From NCBI GenBank assembly GCA_047284725.1, contig JBJBEO010000001.1, positions 2,360,203-2,424,202 on the forward strand: DNA of 64,000 bases, written 5' to 3'. Below, in pieces: positions 61,901 to 64,000 of the stretch. Positions within the stretch are counted from its first letter, which is position 1. Every line of letters begins with the position of its first letter. The notes beneath the pieces are model-generated. The model did no database searches. It saw only the letters and a list, made by a program, of their open reading frames with translations, and was not told where the DNA came from. Source of the stretch: Synechococcus sp. (GTDB taxonomy: Bacteria; Cyanobacteriota; Cyanobacteriia; PCC-6307; Cyanobiaceae). The position numbers and the translations under genes are program-made.

Positions 61901-63958
61901 TCAGGCAGCCGCTGAACGGCGACGACGGGTGCGACCGGCGGGCATTTCCGGCTCAGGCTCAGGCTGGCTTCTGCTCACCACCTGGGATGGATCCGCAGCA
62001 GACTTCGAATTCGCTACAGGTGCAGCCTTCGAGGCGGCCGCAGACGCGGCAGCAGCGGCTCCAGCTCCAGGGGTGGTCACCACAACGCGGGCTGGAGCCT
62101 GATCCCGATCGCGACGACCACCATGACCGTGGCGGCCACCACCGCGACCACCACGGCCGCGAGGAGCCGGACGATCATCGGGCTCAGCATCGGCACGGCC
62201 TTTGTAAACGGGAGTGCCACCAGGGGCAGGCTGCACCAGGCAAAGGATCAGAGGCTCTACCTGGAGCTCACGGCGCATCCGCCTGCTCAGGCCGACTTCC
62301 ACCTCACGCTGCACACCCATCCAGTCGACTTCCGGTGCATTGCCACCCGTATTGCGGGTGAGTTGTTTCCACCGGTTTTCGAGGACCCACTTGATCTCAC
62401 GCTCTGTCCAGAGCGACATCTTGCGGGCATCGGCGGTGGTAACCACGCCGCGTAGGTTCACCCGAGGCGGCGCCACCATGGCGCCATCGGTACTGATGGC
62501 CGCGAGGATCGTGACCACGCCATCCTCAGCCAACTGCTGTCGCTCCTTGAGCACGCGCGCGTCGACGATGCCATTGCGGGACTGGTCCAAAAGTTCGATG
62601 CCGGCCTTCACAGGATCGCCCTTGCGGATCGACTCGGCTGTGAGCTCCACCACATCACCGTTGTCGATGATCAGGGTGTTGTCTTCCGGCACACCCATCG
62701 AGTGCCCCGTGCGGGCGTGCTGCACAAGCATGCGGTGCTCACCATGCACAGGCACGAAGAAGCGCGGCTTGGTGAGGGCCAGCATCAACTTCTGATCTTC
62801 CTGGAAGCCGTGACCAGACACGTGAATACCCTCACCTTTGCCATAAACGACCTTGGCCCCGAGCATCATCAGCCGGTCGATCGTGTTGACCACGGAGATG
62901 GTGTTGCCAGGAATGGGACTGGCGGAAAAGATAATCGTGTCGCTGGTTTTCACTTTGACCTGCGGATGCTCTCCGCGTGAAATACGGCTCAGGGCAGCTA
63001 GAGGCTCGCCTTGGCTGCCCGTCATCAGCAACAGCGTTTCGCGATCCGGAAGGTCATTGATCTGCTTGATCGGCACGAACAGATCGTCCGGAGCCCGCAT
63101 GTAGCCAAGCTCACGGGCCTTGGCGATCACATTCAGCATGGACCGACCAAGAAGGCCCACCTTGCGACCATTCTTGAGCGCCAACTCAAGAATCATCGCC
63201 ACACGGTGAATCGAGCTGGCAAAGGTGGTGATGATCACCCGGCCCTCAGCCTCGGCCATGTGGCGATCGAGGTTGGGGAACACGGAACGCTCTGGCGGAC
63301 AGAAGCCCGGCACCTCGGCATTGGTTGAGTCACTGAAGAGGCAAAGCACCCCCTGCTCACCGTGGTGGGCCAGACGGGCGATATCAAAATGCTCACCATC
63401 CACAGGCGTGTGGTCAAACTTGAAATCACCGGTGAAGATCACCGTACCCACTGGTGTGGTGATGGCCAGCGAAAAGCTGTCGGCCATCGAGTGGGTGTTG
63501 CGGATGAACTCCACAGAGAAGTGCTGACCCACCTTCACGACGTCGCGCGGTCCCACCGTCTGGAGAGTGGTCCGATCCGTCACACCGGCTTCGTCCATCT
63601 TTCCGGTCAGCATCGACAGAGCCAACCGGGGCCCATAGATCACGGGAATGTTGAAGTGCTTGAGGTGGTGGGCAATGCCACCGATGTGATCTTCATGGCC
63701 GTGGGTGACGATCATGCCTCGGATGCGCTTCTGGTTTTCGCGCAGGAAGCTGGTGTCCGGGAGCACAACGTTGACGCCATGCATGCCATCGCTGGGAAAC
63801 GCCAGGCCGGCATCCACCAACATCAAGTCGTCGCCGTACTCGAACACACAGGTGTTCTTGCCGATCTCATGCAGACCGCCAAGGGGAATCACCCGCAGGC
63901 AGGGCTCGTGACCGGCTTGACCTTGGCGTGAACGGTTGACAGATGAGATCGGGGTCAT
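61901..63958 (-). CDS. rnj: Ribonuclease J
   Basis: PLGGLHEIGKN, THGHEDHIG, HS, TGDFK, DSTNAE, GSQGEP, HVSGH and PVHGE beta-CASP motifs. Confidence 0.98.
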   Translation of the reverse strand: MTPISSVNRSRQGQAGHEPCLRVIPLGGLHEIGKNTCVFEYGDDLMLVDAGLAFPSDGMHGVNVVLPDTSFLRENQKRIRGMIVTHGHEDHIGGIAHHLKHFNIPVIYGPRLALSMLTGKMDEAGVTDRTTLQTVGPRDVVKVGQHFSVEFIRNTHSMADSFSLAITTPVGTVIFTGDFKFDHTPVDGEHFDIARLAHHGEQGVLCLFSDSTNAEVPGFCPPERSVFPNLDRHMAEAEGRVIITTFASSIHRVAMILELALKNGRKVGLLGRSMLNVIAKARELGYMRAPDDLFVPIKQINDLPDRETLLLMTGSQGEPLAALSRISRGEHPQVKVKTSDTIIFSASPIPGNTISVVNTIDRLMMLGAKVVYGKGEGIHVSGHGFQEDQKLMLALTKPRFFVPVHGEHRMLVQHARTGHSMGVPEDNTLIIDNGDVVELTAESIRKGDPVKAGIELLDQSRNGIVDARVLKERQQLAEDGVVTILAAISTDGAMVAPPRVNLRGVVTTADARKMSLWTEREIKWVLENRWKQLTRNTGGNAPEVDWMGVQREVEVGLSRRMRRELQVEPLILCLVQPAPGGTPVYKGRADAEPDDRPAPRGRGGRGGGRHGHGGRRDRDQAPARVVVTTPGAGAAAAASAAASKAAPVANSKSAADPSQVVSRSQPEPEPEMPAGRTRRRRSAAA

Positions 63959-64000
63959 GGAATCGCGTCGTTAAGTGAACAATCAGATCGGGCGCTGGCA

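Overview
A GC-rich picocyanobacterial chromosome segment, most consistent with a marine Synechococcus (inferred from psbZ, a PlmA-like GntR regulator, Ycf23/DUF561, an ACT-repeat aspartate kinase and the gene order). Core genes dominate: mreB (partial), ssb, ahcY, tsaE, mutY, bioA, a group-2 sigma factor, mgtE, gpx, two crcB, gyrB, miaA, infC, cysE, secA, tRNA-Gly(GCC), ribH, psbZ, mutS, cobH, holA, lysC, uvrB, tilS, a PPIase/HlyB/HlyD type I secretion trio and rnj. The interval from about 4.1 to 24 kb is a patchwork of accessory signalling genes, several visibly AT-richer. It holds a prokaryotic pentameric ligand-gated ion channel converging on a c-heme (CxxCH) DUF3365-HAMP protein with no output domain, and a calmodulin-like EF-hand/arginase fusion split by two compensating single-base frameshifts. 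It also holds a Coq4/lipocalin-like fusion colliding tail-to-tail with a broken GGDEF gene, an orphan solute-binding lipoprotein coupled to a membrane diguanylate cyclase, and a GGDEF-EAL protein. A structured candidate leader RNA precedes ahcY. No CRISPR array, rRNA, transposase or integrase was seen. All calls come from reading motifs by eye; no searches were run.
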